Counted from the stretch's first letter, positions 1 to 10,286 are shown. The stretch: 43,995 nucleotides of DNA from an uncultured Candidatus Altimarinota bacterium (GCA_938036655.1 CALHQS010000055.1:1-43995); one strand, 5' to 3'. The notes: a model not told the origin generated them from the sequence alone. Made by a program: numbers and translations.

Positions 1-1672
1 CAGGAATTCTCAAAAAACCAATAGCTTGTTCATAAGTTTTGGCTGTCATTTGTTTTTTCAAATCAATACGAGACTTGTAAGGACGATTATTAAAAATCTT
101 TTTGGCAAGTCTTTTATCAATTCCAGAAATATAATTCAAAACATAACTTGAAGCTGCATTTACATTTATTCAGATTTCATTTACCACATCTTCAACGACA
201 TTTTCAAGTTGTTCTTCCAGTTTTTTGGCTGGTACATCATGTTGATACAACCCAACTCCAATCGACCCAACTGGCACTTTTACAAGTTCAGAAAGTGGAT
301 CTATAAATCGTCTTCCCAGAGAAATAGTTCCCCTGTCCAAGCTATCCAAATCAGGAAATTCCTCTTGTGCGATTTTGCTGGCACTGTACACTGAGGCCCC
401 GCTTTCATTCACGATAAAAATATCTTTTGAAGTGATTTCTTGTAGTAATTCTACTGTTTCTTTGCTTCCAGTTCAGTTCCCCACAATTATCACATCAGGA
501 GAATATTTTTTTAAAAATTTTTGTAAAATATCTTTTGCCAAATCTTTTTTGTGTAAATAAATTTTTGTAAAATCCAAAGGATTTCATAAATTATCCAAAA
601 ATGCAATTTTGCATCATGCTGCATATCCTGGATCAATTGCCAAAATATTTTTCCCATATTCTGGTTTTGTCATCAAAAGTTTTTCCAAATTTGTTTGAAA
701 AGCCTTGATTGCATCATCTTCTCAAGTTTCTGATAAATTAGCCCTGATTTCATTTTCTACTGAAGCAAAAAGTGCTTCATATCATTTTTCAAATCATGCC
801 AAAAGTTGCTCTGCAAAAGGATATTTTGTTTTCAAAATTCTTGCATAATGAAATGCTATTCACTCAAAAGTTTTTTCTGTTTTTTCTATTTTAATATTCA
901 AAATTCCCAAGTTTTCCCCACGATTTAAAGCCAAAACTTGATATGGTTTCAGGTATGAAATTTTAGCTGTAAATTCATTATAAATTTCAAATTTTGGGAT
1001 TTGTTCACGATCTTTTTCATTTAATTTTTCCAAAGATTTTTCAGTTTTATATTTTGAAGAAATCTCTCAATATTTATTCAAAGTTTCAATTAAATCTGCT
1101 CTCAAATCAGCATTTGCTGAAATTTCTGCTCAAATAATTTCAATACTTCACTCAATTATTTCCGCAAAAGAAAAATCAGCAAGCAAAGTTTTCAAAACCT
1201 CATCATTTTCAGAAATATTTTTATTTTTCCTGATTTCATCAGCCACAATTTGAAACCCATTTTCAATTGCAATCATTGCTTTTGTTTTTTTCTTTGATTT
1301 GTATGGCTTGTAAATATCTTCTACTTCCTTCAAAGTTTTTGCTTTAAGAATATTTTCTTTCAGTTCATCAGTTAATTTTCCTTGCTCAAAAATACCATTT
1401 AATGCCGTTTTTTTAGCTTCATACAAATTTTCAATTCTTGTTTTTTCTTTCAAAATGTCTCTGATTTGATCTTCATCAAGATTTCCTGTTTTCTCTTTTC
1501 TATAACGAGCAATAAAAGGAACGGTCGCGCCCTCGGCCGTCAGTGCCAAAATAGTTTCCACTTGCGAATTTTGGAGCGTTAAAATTTCTGCGATTTCCAC
1601 CAAATAGTCAGGTTTCTGAATGAGAACAATTTCATTTTCTGTATCGAGATTTTGAGTTGTTTCTGTTGTCAT
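1..1672 (-). CDS. tex: Tex-like transcription accessory protein; C-terminal part lies beyond the window start
   Basis: Track ORFs 170..412 and 1148..1840 share one frame. Tex hallmarks present: ATVPFIARYRKEKTG, SIGVGLYQHDV, and INVNAAS...YEQAIGFLRI after the in-frame TGA at 170-172. The 412-1148 gap contains no track ORF of 60 aa or more; I assume it is broken only by sense TGA codons but did not translate it. ATG at 1670-1672 (MTTETTQ). Confidence 0.85.
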
Positions 1673-1764
1673 AAAAAATGTTAAGATGCGCTCATTATAG
1701 GGATTTTTGCATTTTTTCCAAAAATTTCTGACAGAAATATTACAAGAAAAATACACCAAAATAA

Positions 1765-1786
1765 AAAAAGGCTTTCGCCTTTTTTT
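1765..1786. terminator. Hairpin aaaaaggc-tttc-gccttttt flanked by A and T runs; bidirectional intrinsic terminator
   Basis: Lies immediately after the TAA (1788-1790) of the 1294-aa gene. GC stem with T-run when read on the minus strand. Confidence 0.6.
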
Positions 1787-1787
1787 A

Positions 1788-4700
1788 TTACTTGAAGTTT
1801 CTCCAAGTCTTGAGATTCCATCCGAGACCATTTTCTGCACGCTTCAAGAAGTATCGGATAATTCCGCGTCCTTCATCCGCATCCTTATGGCTGAAGAGCT
1901 CCATTCCGACTGAGATCCATCCGTCTTTGTAAAATGTCTCAAAGATTGGAGCATATTTTCCATCAATCAAGCTGTCCCAAACTGGACCACCAGGCCCACT
2001 TGACGAACGAGTCACAAGAGGAGGTTGTGGCTGTGGCTGTGGTTGTGGAGTTGGAGTTGTTCCATCATTCTTTGTGAGTTGGCCAATGAGTTGTGTGAGT
2101 TCATGTACGAGACCATCACGTTTTGTTACAGTGAGAGTTGCTGTGTCATCAAGAGCTGCTTTGGCTTCAGTAATCTTGTTCTGAAGAGCTGTTTTGTTGG
2201 CATCTGCTACTGTTTTTGGATCATTGAGAGCAGTTTCTGCTTCAGTGATTTTGTTCTGAAGATTAGTTGTGTCGATGGCTGTTGTATCTTCTTTTGTACC
2301 AACAAGCACCACCTGAGTCACTGGCTTCTTGATCACACGCTCTACGGCAGCAGTATGTTTAAGAACTACACCAGTTTTAGCATTTTTGAGATCGCGGTAT
2401 ACGATTTCTTTTTTACCTTTTTGACCTGGCGTTTTGATTTGTTTTTCACCTTTCTTGAGAGTATCAGTCTTTTCTTCAGTGATTTCAAAATTAATTTCTT
2501 CTTCTGTCTTGACAGCATCATACACAGTACGAAGCGTACCAACACGAACGGTTCGTTCTACTGGACGAACATCTGGATTAGCGATTTCGTATTCGATTTC
2601 AAATGCATCTTTGAGTGCTACTGGCATTTTTTCGTAACGAGTCAGATCGTTGATAGTTACCCCTTTCATCGCAATTTCTTTCTTTGATTCGAGTACTTTA
2701 CCCGCAGATGTACCAGTGGACACGATATAATCACCGAGCAAAAGTCCGTCCTTATCGTCTGTAAGATTTCCGAGCTTATAGTAATGAGTTTTGAGATCAG
2801 GATATGGATCAAGTACATTACGACCTCCTTTGTTAGCTGCAGCTATAATGGCATTATTTACTGCGGCCTTACCGACTTTGCGAGCTACTGAGACATTGAC
2901 AAGAGGCTTATCTTCAACTGTCTGTCCGAGTGGAAGATTCTCATCAATGATTGCTGTCATACGAATAGGAAGTTCTTTTGAAGAATCTTCTGTCGTTTCT
3001 TCGGCCATACGGGTTAGAGCAAAGTTTGTACGAGCATCATCCTTAAGAGTGCCCGCTGTAGCCGTTACATCAGCACTGTATTCTGCATCTTCATATGCAT
3101 CCATTCCATCTGTTGAAGTTGCGAGGTTAAGTGGATTTTTGGCAATAAATTCATTGTCACGAGCATAGCGAAGCGTGAACTGACTCGACAATACCCGAAG
3201 TGGCTTCGCTGCCGCAGCTGACGTAAGATCTACGCTATCTACCGTGATTTTGTTTCCCGCAAATACAAACGGCTGAGTGAATTGAAGCATTGATGGGAGA
3301 TTCGATGGCTTTGCACCTGTGTTCATCGTATAACCATTTACTTGCGGTTGCACGGTATGTCCCGTCAAACCAGTTACATTGATAAGAGGTTTAAGCGTGG
3401 CGTATGCTGATACGATTTTCCCCATATCAATCGCGTTACCAGTCATTTCGATTTTTTTGGCATTTGTATTGATCGAAATCACTGATTCTTGATTTGATGA
3501 CTTACCAATTACTGATTCTTTGAATTTGATGTTGTTGTTATTGAATTTGAGAGAACCATGGAATTTGTTCTGTCCCATTTCGGTTGTTTTTCCATCAGTA
3601 GTCGTGAGACCAACATTTCGTGTTGTTTCAGAAATATTGATTGGAGCATATTTTCCTACTTCCGCAACAATGCGATCAACATTTACTATGTTGTTAGTAA
3701 TGCGGATATCACCAGAACCGTATCCAATACCATTAGAGAATTTGCTAAAATCTTTTTGGAATTCTCGCCCAAGTTGCTGCCCATCAAGAGCGCTATTGAT
3801 GATTTTAAAAATATTGTTTGCAGAAACTCCTGAGATATCATTGTTATCGATGATGAGCTCATAATCAAGGTATGGTTCCTGCATACGAACCAACATCGCA
3901 TTGGCAATGTATGATTTTCCGTCGTGCGTGTTTCCTGATTCATCAAGTCCGCGAATCGTGTTGCCACTGATTTCAAAGTGACCTCGTGAACCATCTGTGC
4001 TAAGACGACGAGCCTTTTCGTTTGTCTGCAAATGAATCGCTTCAAACTGAAGATAGTCTCCATGAGGGTCAAATGCCCCATTGAGATGCAAATCATCGCG
4101 TTCCAGACGATTGTGTGTATCCTGGAAAACAGTGTTATTTCGAATCGTTACATTTTCCATTTTGAAAGTACGATTGTACACAGAAATACCAAGCAAACGG
4201 TCACCGTGCGAAATATTGTTTTCAATGAGAATATTGTCACCATCGTGGATATCAAGACCCTTACGGTAGTTGTGGCTTGTGAAGTTGTTGCGGAAAGTAA
4301 TATTGTTGTTCATAGAACCCGCTTCCGAAGCAAAACCATAACCAGTTCCACCAGATCGTGTATGCCCGTTTTCGTATGACACAGAATTACTGATTTCAAA
4401 TCCGTTCTGATATGAAAACTGAACACCCGCTACACGGTTTTGATACAAAATACTGTTTGTAACCTTGTTTCCTTCCATCATGCGAAGCACGCTAGCATCA
4501 GTATAATCACCACATCCTTTGTCATTAAGGCGCGTTATACCTGCAAGATTTGCAGCCACACAATAAGAAATAGAACGAAGTGTTCCACCAATATTAAGTT
4601 TTTTCACACCATTGTATGCTGATGTGAATCGCACACCAGCCTTATTGGCACCAGTCACTTCAACATTATCCACTGTTACATGCTGAGAATCACTCACATG

Positions 4701-5672
4701 GATACCGTCTACTTTTCCATGATATGGGAACCCTTTCACATAAAAGGCTGGATCAAGGTCGCCATTGCGCTTGATGCGAAGTGAAAAATCTTTCACAAAG
4801 AAATTGTCATGATCTTCCACGAGAAGCACCGCATGGTCACGATTATCAGTATCGTTTTCATTTGGATTCCATGGTTCACCAAACTGTACAAGGCTTGTTG
4901 TAATAGTTGTTGTTGCAAGACCATCACCGAAGAATCCTTTTACATGAGGCAATTCTTTGTCGATTTTAATCTGCTGGAAAAGCCCATCCTTTCGATAAAT
5001 TGGGAAGATAATTCCGTGATGTTTTTTCTTATCAGAATCAGTATATTCTACTACGCCTTCTTCTACATAACTAATTTTTTTAAATTCTTCAGGAGTAATA
5101 TTTGCTGGATTAGCAACACCAGCGAGTGTCGCTCCACTAACTTTCTGACCAAGTCCACTATCGTATGTACGAAGTTCGTAGTGGTCAAGCACTGCACCAT
5201 CACGGGCAATATTTACCACACCAGAAACTTGCACCGCTACACCTCGAGTTTCCTGACCATTCTGAACAATGATCGTATTATTCGCGGCCTGAAGCGTTGC
5301 TACTACTGCTGGAGTATCATCCTGATTATCTTCTGTATTAAGTCCAAAATCACGAGCGTCAAGATAGAAAACATTATTTTCTTTATCAAAATATACTGGA
5401 TAATTCACTTCTGAACCATCAGCTGTTTTTACAGTCACACCAGAAGTGGTATCAATTGGTGTTGCCTGAGGTTTTGCTGTTGTAGTAGCTGCTGGTGCTG
5501 CTGGAGTTAGTGTCGCAGGAACAGCTACTACTGGGTCACTTTCTGCGGCCAATACTGAATAGGTTACATGGTTAGAAAGAATTGGCGATGCCATAACTGC
5601 GGCGATCATTGCCATACTTCCAAGACGGGCGTTCATTCTAGTAGAACGAGGCTCTGCTGTCTGTTTTTTCAT
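1788..5672 (-). CDS. Large secreted surface protein: signal peptide, right-handed beta-helix (pectate-lyase-like) repeats, G5 domain, helical repeats, PQ linker, basic C-terminal domain
   Basis: Uninterrupted 1294-aa ORF. N-terminus MKKQTAEPRSTRMNARLGSMAMIAAVMASP. Beta-helix motifs such as NNITFRNNFTSHNYRKGLDIHDGDNILIENNISHG. G5-like block EINFEITEEKTDTLKKGEKQIKTPGQKGKKEIVYRD...VVLVGTKE. Repeats LQNKITEAETAL / LQNKITEAKAAL. PQPQPQPQP linker. Visibly more GC-rich than its neighbours. Confidence 0.85.
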   Translation of the reverse strand: MKKQTAEPRSTRMNARLGSMAMIAAVMASPILSNHVTYSVLAAESDPVVAVPATLTPAAPAATTTAKPQATPIDTTSGVTVKTADGSEVNYPVYFDKENNVFYLDARDFGLNTEDNQDDTPAVVATLQAANNTIIVQNGQETRGVAVQVSGVVNIARDGAVLDHYELRTYDSGLGQKVSGATLAGVANPANITPEEFKKISYVEEGVVEYTDSDKKKHHGIIFPIYRKDGLFQQIKIDKELPHVKGFFGDGLATTTITTSLVQFGEPWNPNENDTDNRDHAVLLVEDHDNFFVKDFSLRIKRNGDLDPAFYVKGFPYHGKVDGIHVSDSQHVTVDNVEVTGANKAGVRFTSAYNGVKKLNIGGTLRSISYCVAANLAGITRLNDKGCGDYTDASVLRMMEGNKVTNSILYQNRVAGVQFSYQNGFEISNSVSYENGHTRSGGTGYGFASEAGSMNNNITFRNNFTSHNYRKGLDIHDGDNILIENNISHGDRLLGISVYNRTFKMENVTIRNNTVFQDTHNRLERDDLHLNGAFDPHGDYLQFEAIHLQTNEKARRLSTDGSRGHFEISGNTIRGLDESGNTHDGKSYIANAMLVRMQEPYLDYELIIDNNDISGVSANNIFKIINSALDGQQLGREFQKDFSKFSNGIGYGSGDIRITNNIVNVDRIVAEVGKYAPINISETTRNVGLTTTDGKTTEMGQNKFHGSLKFNNNNIKFKESVIGKSSNQESVISINTNAKKIEMTGNAIDMGKIVSAYATLKPLINVTGLTGHTVQPQVNGYTMNTGAKPSNLPSMLQFTQPFVFAGNKITVDSVDLTSAAAAKPLRVLSSQFTLRYARDNEFIAKNPLNLATSTDGMDAYEDAEYSADVTATAGTLKDDARTNFALTRMAEETTEDSSKELPIRMTAIIDENLPLGQTVEDKPLVNVSVARKVGKAAVNNAIIAAANKGGRNVLDPYPDLKTHYYKLGNLTDDKDGLLLGDYIVSTGTSAGKVLESKKEIAMKGVTINDLTRYEKMPVALKDAFEIEYEIANPDVRPVERTVRVGTLRTVYDAVKTEEEINFEITEEKTDTLKKGEKQIKTPGQKGKKEIVYRDLKNAKTGVVLKHTAAVERVIKKPVTQVVLVGTKEDTTAIDTTNLQNKITEAETALNDPKTVADANKTALQNKITEAKAALDDTATLTVTKRDGLVHELTQLIGQLTKNDGTTPTPQPQPQPQPPLVTRSSSGPGGPVWDSLIDGKYAPIFETFYKDGWISVGMELFSHKDADEGRGIIRYFLKRAENGLGWNLKTWRNFK
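2023..2048 (-). repeat. Hexanucleotide microsatellite (TGTGGY x4 on the plus strand) encoding the PQPQPQPQ linker
   Basis: ggttgtggctgtggctgtggttgtgg read directly from the sequence, inside the surface-protein CDS. Confidence 0.7.
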
Positions 5673-5708
5673 ACTTTTTCATAAGGGGTAAGAGATAAAA
5701 GCAAAAAA

Positions 5709-5737
5709 AGTATAGCATATAAAAAAATAATTTGCAA
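5709..5737 (-). promoter_or_regulatory. Candidate sigma70-type promoter of the surface-protein gene (TTGCAA-N17-TATACT on the minus strand)
   Basis: -35 at 5732-5737, -10 is the reverse complement of agtata at 5709-5714, spacer 17 nt. About 40 nt upstream of the ATG at 5672. Confidence 0.4.
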
Positions 5738-5793
5738 AAATACAGCATTTTTTATGAGAAAAAGTCTCAAATCCCTTACAACTGACAAAATAA

Positions 5794-5817
5794 AAACTAT
5801 CGATTTTTTGATAGTTT
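5794..5817 (-). terminator. Hairpin aaactatc-N8-gatagttt, followed by a T-rich tract on the minus strand
   Basis: 8-bp perfect inverted repeat between the CRISPR array and the surface-protein promoter. Confidence 0.35.
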
Positions 5818-5940
5818 GAATAATGTTAGTTCAATATAAGATAATTCTGATAAAATAGCGCTTAAAAACTCTTTTTTAAAATTATTTTGAGAAAAATATG
5901 AGCAATTTTTGTAAATTTTTACAACTTTGCAAAATAAAAA

Positions 5941-5962
5941 AATCCCCTATTTTTGTGGGGGT
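5941..5962 (-). terminator. GC-clamped hairpin (cccc...ggggg) followed by a T-run on the minus strand, downstream of the CRISPR array
   Basis: Minus-strand reading is aaacccccacaaaaataggggattttttatttt. Lies about 155 nt beyond the degenerate terminal repeat. Confidence 0.4.
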
Positions 5963-6117
5963 TTATAATATTTTGAAATAAGATAAAACAACATCACACA
6001 AGAATTGGTGTTACGATAAAAAGCCAAAGTGCTACAGGTGCACTACGAAAATCAGAAAATGGTCGTGGGAGTAATCACAAAAAATCAGGGAAAAAATTTG
6101 TCATACAATAAAATATG

Positions 6118-6715
6118 ATTGGAAACAGTAGAAATTTACTAATGAAATTTGAGGAAAAAAAGATGATTAACAAGCGGATATCTACAACAGTAGAAATTTA
6201 CTAATGAAATTTGAGCACTTGGATGCAAGAAAAATAGAATAATCTACAACAGTAGAAATTTACTAATGAAATTTGAGTTATTAGTTCGAAGCGAGAAGAG
6301 TTTTTATCTACAACAGTAGAAATTTACTAATGAAATTTGAGATGAGAACAATGATACGGAATCGATCATCTACAACAGTAGAAATTTACTAATGAAATTT
6401 GAGTGCTCAAGATACTATAGGAAGTCTTGCATCTACAACAGTAGAAATTTACTAATGAAATTTGAGCTTCCCTGCTTGGCTGGTTTTCGCGCATCTACAA
6501 CAGTAGAAATTTACTAATGAAATTTGAGTTCTTTTGTGTAGTAAAGGCCACCGAATCTACAACAGTAGAAATTTACTAATGAAATTTGAGTAAGCCCGAT
6601 AAATATATGCTTGACATATCTACAACAGTAGAAATTTACTAATGAAATTTGAGTATTCCTTCTGCGGTAGGGTACCAGCATCTACAAAAGTAGAAATTTA
6701 CTAATGAAATTTGAG
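6118..6715 (-). CRISPR. CRISPR array with Cas12a/type V-A-like repeats: 10 repeats of 36 bp, 9 spacers of 26-28 bp
   Basis: Plus-strand repeat ATCTACAACAGTAGAAATTTACTAATGAAATTTGAG starts at 6118, 6180, 6242, 6306, 6368, 6431, 6493, 6555, 6618 and 6680. The minus-strand reading CTCAAATTTCATTAGTAAATTTCTACTGTTGTAGAT ends in AAUUUCUACUGUUGUAGAU. The repeat at 6118 is degenerate (4 mismatches), marking the distal end. The repeat at 6680 has one C>A change in the predicted loop. All spacers are unique. Confidence 0.95.
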
Positions 6716-6928
6716 AGCGAAAAAGTGATATTTAAGCCAAAAAGATGCAATATGCCCCCAATTGAACATAGACTTCTTGGCTTAAAATCGTTTCATAAAA
6801 AAATTAAGACTGAGGTTTGCATTCCTCCAAATGTCATTACCAAAATTTCCACCGAAGGTGTTTGTTGAATTTGGGAATGTTAAAGAACTATTGTTAGTAT
6901 ACAGAAAAATAATTTTTTGCAAATTTTT
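6716..6928 (-). promoter_or_regulatory. CRISPR leader with a candidate promoter (TTTGCA-N16-TATACT on the minus strand, 6896-6923)
   Basis: 213-bp non-coding stretch between the rsmA stop (TAG 6929-6931) and the first full repeat. Also contains the inverted repeat TAAGCCAA...TTGGCTTA (approx. 6738-6789). Confidence 0.35.
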
Positions 6929-7738
6929 CTAATTTTTCAGATTTTTCAAACAATCCAAAATCTTTTCCCAATCCTCCAAACGAATCGCTTCAGCACGAAC
7001 CTGTTCAGAATATCACAAATTTTTTAAATTCTCCAAAATTTTTTCATCAAAAATCCCAGCAGACTTGAGATTGAAGGCCAAAGTTTTTCGCGGATGTTTG
7101 AAAATCTTGTCCCAAAATTCAAGTTTTTGCAAATCAGTATCAATATCACGATTTTTTTTCGGGAAAAATTTGAGCACAATAGAATCCACTTTTGGCGCTG
7201 GATCAAAACTTTCACTCGGAACCAAGCAAATTTTTTCAATATTTTCGCATGCAAGCCACATCGCAAGCGAAAAATACGAATGTTGCGTTTTTTTACCTTT
7301 GGTGGCAAGAATTTTTTCGCCCACTTCTTTTTGCATCAGAATCACCATTTCTTCGGGTACAGCAAAATTTTGCGGATACAAAAAATGAAACAAAATCGGG
7401 CTCGTGATATAATACGGAATATTGGCAATGAGCGAATATTTTTCAAAATTTGGAGAAAATTTCAGAACATCAGCATGATGCAAAGTGATGCGATCTGAAA
7501 AATCTGCCCAATCCGTAATCATTTTTCCGCGAAGAATCGCAATCATATCAGAATCAAGTTCGACCAAATCAATTTTTTTGGGATTTTCTTGCAACAAAAA
7601 ATCCGTCAAAGCTCCGTATCACGGCCCCACTTCGACGATATTTTTTTCAGTGATTTCCGTTGCAGAACTGATAGCTATGAGCGCATCAATATCCACGAGA
7701 AAATTTTGCCCGAGTGATTTTTTGGCACGAATTTTCAT
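6929..7738 (-). CDS. rsmA: 16S rRNA (adenine1518/1519-N6)-dimethyltransferase RsmA/KsgA
   Basis: MKIRAKKSLGQNFLVD...VEVGP[TGA]YGALT (SAM motif GPGxG), then IANIPYYITSPILFHFL. A second sense TGA at 7013-7015 extends the ORF to TAG at 6929, giving a typical C-terminus (RAEAIRLEDWEKI). Confidence 0.9.
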
Positions 7739-7739
7739 A

Positions 7740-8477
7740 TTATTTTACGGCTTGACGAATATAATGAGTAATTTTGGAAGCGGAACGGAAAACAATTTTT
7801 TGATAATTGTGAAATTTTTCCAAAATCGCACGATAATTGCCCTGAATACCCTCCATATAATAACTTCGGTCATTTTCAAAACTTTTATAAATTCCCTGCT
7901 GCATCAAACTATTGCCCAGATTCATCCACGCGTTTTTCTTTTTCTGCGCCACAAGCATACAAATTTTCTGCGGATACGCGTCTGATGAAATTCCAAATTT
8001 CCGATTTTGTGAATTGGAATCCAAAAAATTGGAAATCCTAGAAAATTGACAAATCGTATCATAAAAATACGCGAGCGATTTTTGTGTCTCGTCGCCCTTC
8101 CCGAGGATGCACGAACCATACGCCTGCGTCCATGCAACCGGATCTTTATCACGATAACGCTGCAATTGCTGCATATATTGCTTTACCTTGGTATCAGCCT
8201 CATTCATGAAAAAATTGGTCGCAATATAATATGCGAGGCGTTCGTTCGTGAGCTCAACACGATCTTCAAGCGCAAATTCACCCGCTGGACACTGAAAATC
8301 TTCAATTGTATTGGAAGTGCGATTGGCACGAGCTTCCAGACACTGATCGATTTTAGAAACCACTTCATCGGCTGTTGGCTTAATTTCAGAAAAATTTGGG
8401 CATTGCGGTGCGGCTGCAAAAATATTTTGCACACCAAAAAATGAGAAAAAAATCGCGATAAAAAAAATTTTTTTCAT
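7740..8477 (-). CDS. Secreted hypothetical protein (signal peptide, several Cys)
   Basis: ATG at 8475-8477 gives MKKIFFIAIFFSFFGVQNIFAAAP. 245-aa ORF ending in TAA at 7740-7742. No family recognised. Confidence 0.6.
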   Translation of the reverse strand: MKKIFFIAIFFSFFGVQNIFAAAPQCPNFSEIKPTADEVVSKIDQCLEARANRTSNTIEDFQCPAGEFALEDRVELTNERLAYYIATNFFMNEADTKVKQYMQQLQRYRDKDPVAWTQAYGSCILGKGDETQKSLAYFYDTICQFSRISNFLDSNSQNRKFGISSDAYPQKICMLVAQKKKNAWMNLGNSLMQQGIYKSFENDRSYYMEGIQGNYRAILEKFHNYQKIVFRSASKITHYIRQAVK

Positions 8478-8478
8478 A

Positions 8479-8724
8479 TTATTTTTTTCGGTTAAAAAGG
8501 CGCGCGAAAAATCCTTTCTTGGCTGATTTTTCAGCCGTTTTTTCTGGATTTCGATTTTTTTCGTTGGCTTCATTTTTTTCGTTCGCATCGCGAAGTTTTT
8601 TCACGCCATAGAGCGACGCGACCACGCCACCCAAAACCGCACCCGTAATGACCGCGTCCATTTTTTTGATGCCGCGTTTTACCACTGCATCATCTTCCGT
8701 TTTTTTAGATTTTTTGAAAAACAT
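8479..8724 (-). CDS. Small single-pass membrane protein, hypothetical
   Basis: 81-aa ORF with one hydrophobic helix (AVITGAVLGGVVASLYGV) and a Lys/Glu-rich tail. Tightly packed between neighbouring genes. Confidence 0.5.
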   Translation of the reverse strand: MFFKKSKKTEDDAVVKRGIKKMDAVITGAVLGGVVASLYGVKKLRDANEKNEANEKNRNPEKTAEKSAKKGFFARLFNRKK

Positions 8725-8726
8725 AA

Positions 8727-9191
8727 CTAATTTTTAGTTGCATCTATTTTAATAGATTTTGAGATCAATGTCAATTTTGGAATCAAAATTGTAATCACAT
8801 TGTGTTCCACAGATGCGGAAATTTTGTCAAAAGCAAGATTTTCCGGCAAAATAATTGACCGAGAAAACGCTCCGTAAAAACATTCTTCCACAAGCATTCG
8901 GCGCGCCTCCATATAAATCGGATTTTCACGACGATTGCCAGAAATCGTCAAAATATTTCGCGAAAGGCCAATATCCACTTCCGAAGGATCAACACCCGCA
9001 ACCGGCGCTACAATGACGATAGCATCAGATAAATCAAGAATATCAACCGCGATTTGTCCAATATCCGTCTCATGATCGCGTTCCGCGTCCATTTCTACTT
9101 CGATGGCTTCGGCTTGGGAAGTCTCGATAGTACGAACTTCCATTCGTTCGCCCGATTCATTTTCATTAGAAACTCAGAAAACTTTAAACAT
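8727..9191 (-). CDS. Hsp20/alpha-crystallin family small heat-shock protein
   Basis: IAVDILDLSDAIVIVAPVAGVDPSEVDIGLSRNILTISGNR...FYGAFSRSIILPENL...VEHNVITILIPK. The start is either ATG 9191 (which needs a sense TGA) or 9143. Confidence 0.75.
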
Positions 9192-9200
9192 AATTTTTTG

Positions 9201-10286
9201 TTAGGATTTAGAAATTTTTGGATTTTTGGAAAGAATTTTTTTGAACTGCTCAAAAATTACCACTTCATCAAAAATATTTTTTTCCGGAAGATTGAAATCA
9301 TGATTTTTTTCGATTTGAGAAAAAATTTCCGACAATTTTTCCAGATGATTTGGATGAATTTTTATTGCGTGCGGATAAAAATCAAACGCGCGAATATCGG
9401 ACAAAATCATGAGCAAATCGTGCGAATTGGCAAGTTCAACATTCACTTTAGTCGTATTGTACGCTCCGACAAAAATCCACGATTTTGCCTTTTGGTAAAG
9501 CATTTCTTGCGAATGAATATCGAGAATTCCTGTGATGTGCACCCATTTTTCCAGTTTTTCGCGACGCAAAATTTCGGTCAAAAATTTAAGTGATTTGGCG
9601 GAATTTCCGTGCAAAATCAAGTGCGTTTTTCCGTGCAAATCGTGGATAAATTTTCCAAATTCATGAAGCAAAATCTCAATATTGGATTCTGATCAAAAAG
9701 TCGCATCGTACAAGAAAAAATTTTCTGGCAAATTATTTTGCGCGAATAATTGCTTATTTGGTGGGATTTTTTCTATCTCAACAAACGGCAAAATATCGAT
9801 TTTCTGTTCATGGATATTCCAGAGTTCGACGAGTTCATTACCCGCAAAAAAACTCGGCACGATAAAATGGGAAGAATTTTTGAGGAGGCGCTTGATCTCG
9901 AATTCGCGTTCTTTTCGTCGCAAAATATTGGCGTTCGTTTCGTTGTCGTAGAGCCAACGACCCATATCCATCACAAAAGTCAGCGTCGGAATACTCGAAT
10001 CATACGGCGCGTATCGCGAAAAATTGATAGCACGAAAAATCTCATTTGTGTTCGTGGAGGCAATTTTTTTAGAAGAAGAAAACCAGCCGACTGGCTTCAC
10101 ACGGAGAAAATTTTCTCATTCAGGCGCCTCCTGCTGATCAAAAATCAAAAAAGTACAAGTATCGTGCGGATTATATTTTTTCCATTTTTTCGTCCAGTTT
10201 TGCGCGTAACGGATGATTACCGCATCTTCGGGATGTCGACTTCTGATATCAACAATCAGGTGCATAGCATAAATTATTTTTCTCAT
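9201..10286 (-). CDS. Glycosyltransferase (GT-B fold, family 1/4-like)
   Basis: Three track ORFs (9201..9671, 9693..10100, 10116..10304) share one frame and are joined by two sense TGAs. The C-terminal domain resembles GT1 (THLILHGNS...WVHITG...YQKAKSWIFVG). Confidence 0.65.

Noticed and set aside
2025-2687. Long ORFs antisense to real genes (e.g. 2025..2687, 4809..5414, 7485..7985, 9054..9593, 11365..12003, 25193..25768, 30273..30977, 33087..33719, 36010..36525, 39841..40587).
   Set aside because: These are shadow ORFs opposite confidently identified proteins. Their composition is low-complexity or Cys/Phe-rich, and they have no start signals.
1788-5672. Whether the 1294-aa ORF next to the array could be the missing Cas12a effector, given that the size fits.
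   Set aside because: It starts with a signal peptide and is built of beta-helix repeats, a G5 domain and a PQ linker. No RuvC-like D/E/D motifs or Cas12a WED/REC/Nuc signatures are recognisable. It is a surface protein.
5887-6104. Minus-strand ORF starting 14 nt after the degenerate repeat (MTNFFPDFL-TGA-LLPRPF...VALWLFIVTPILV...).
   Set aside because: It has no start context, needs two sense TGAs and reads straight through the terminator hairpin at 5941-5962. It is most likely an artefact of having only two stop codons in AT-rich DNA.
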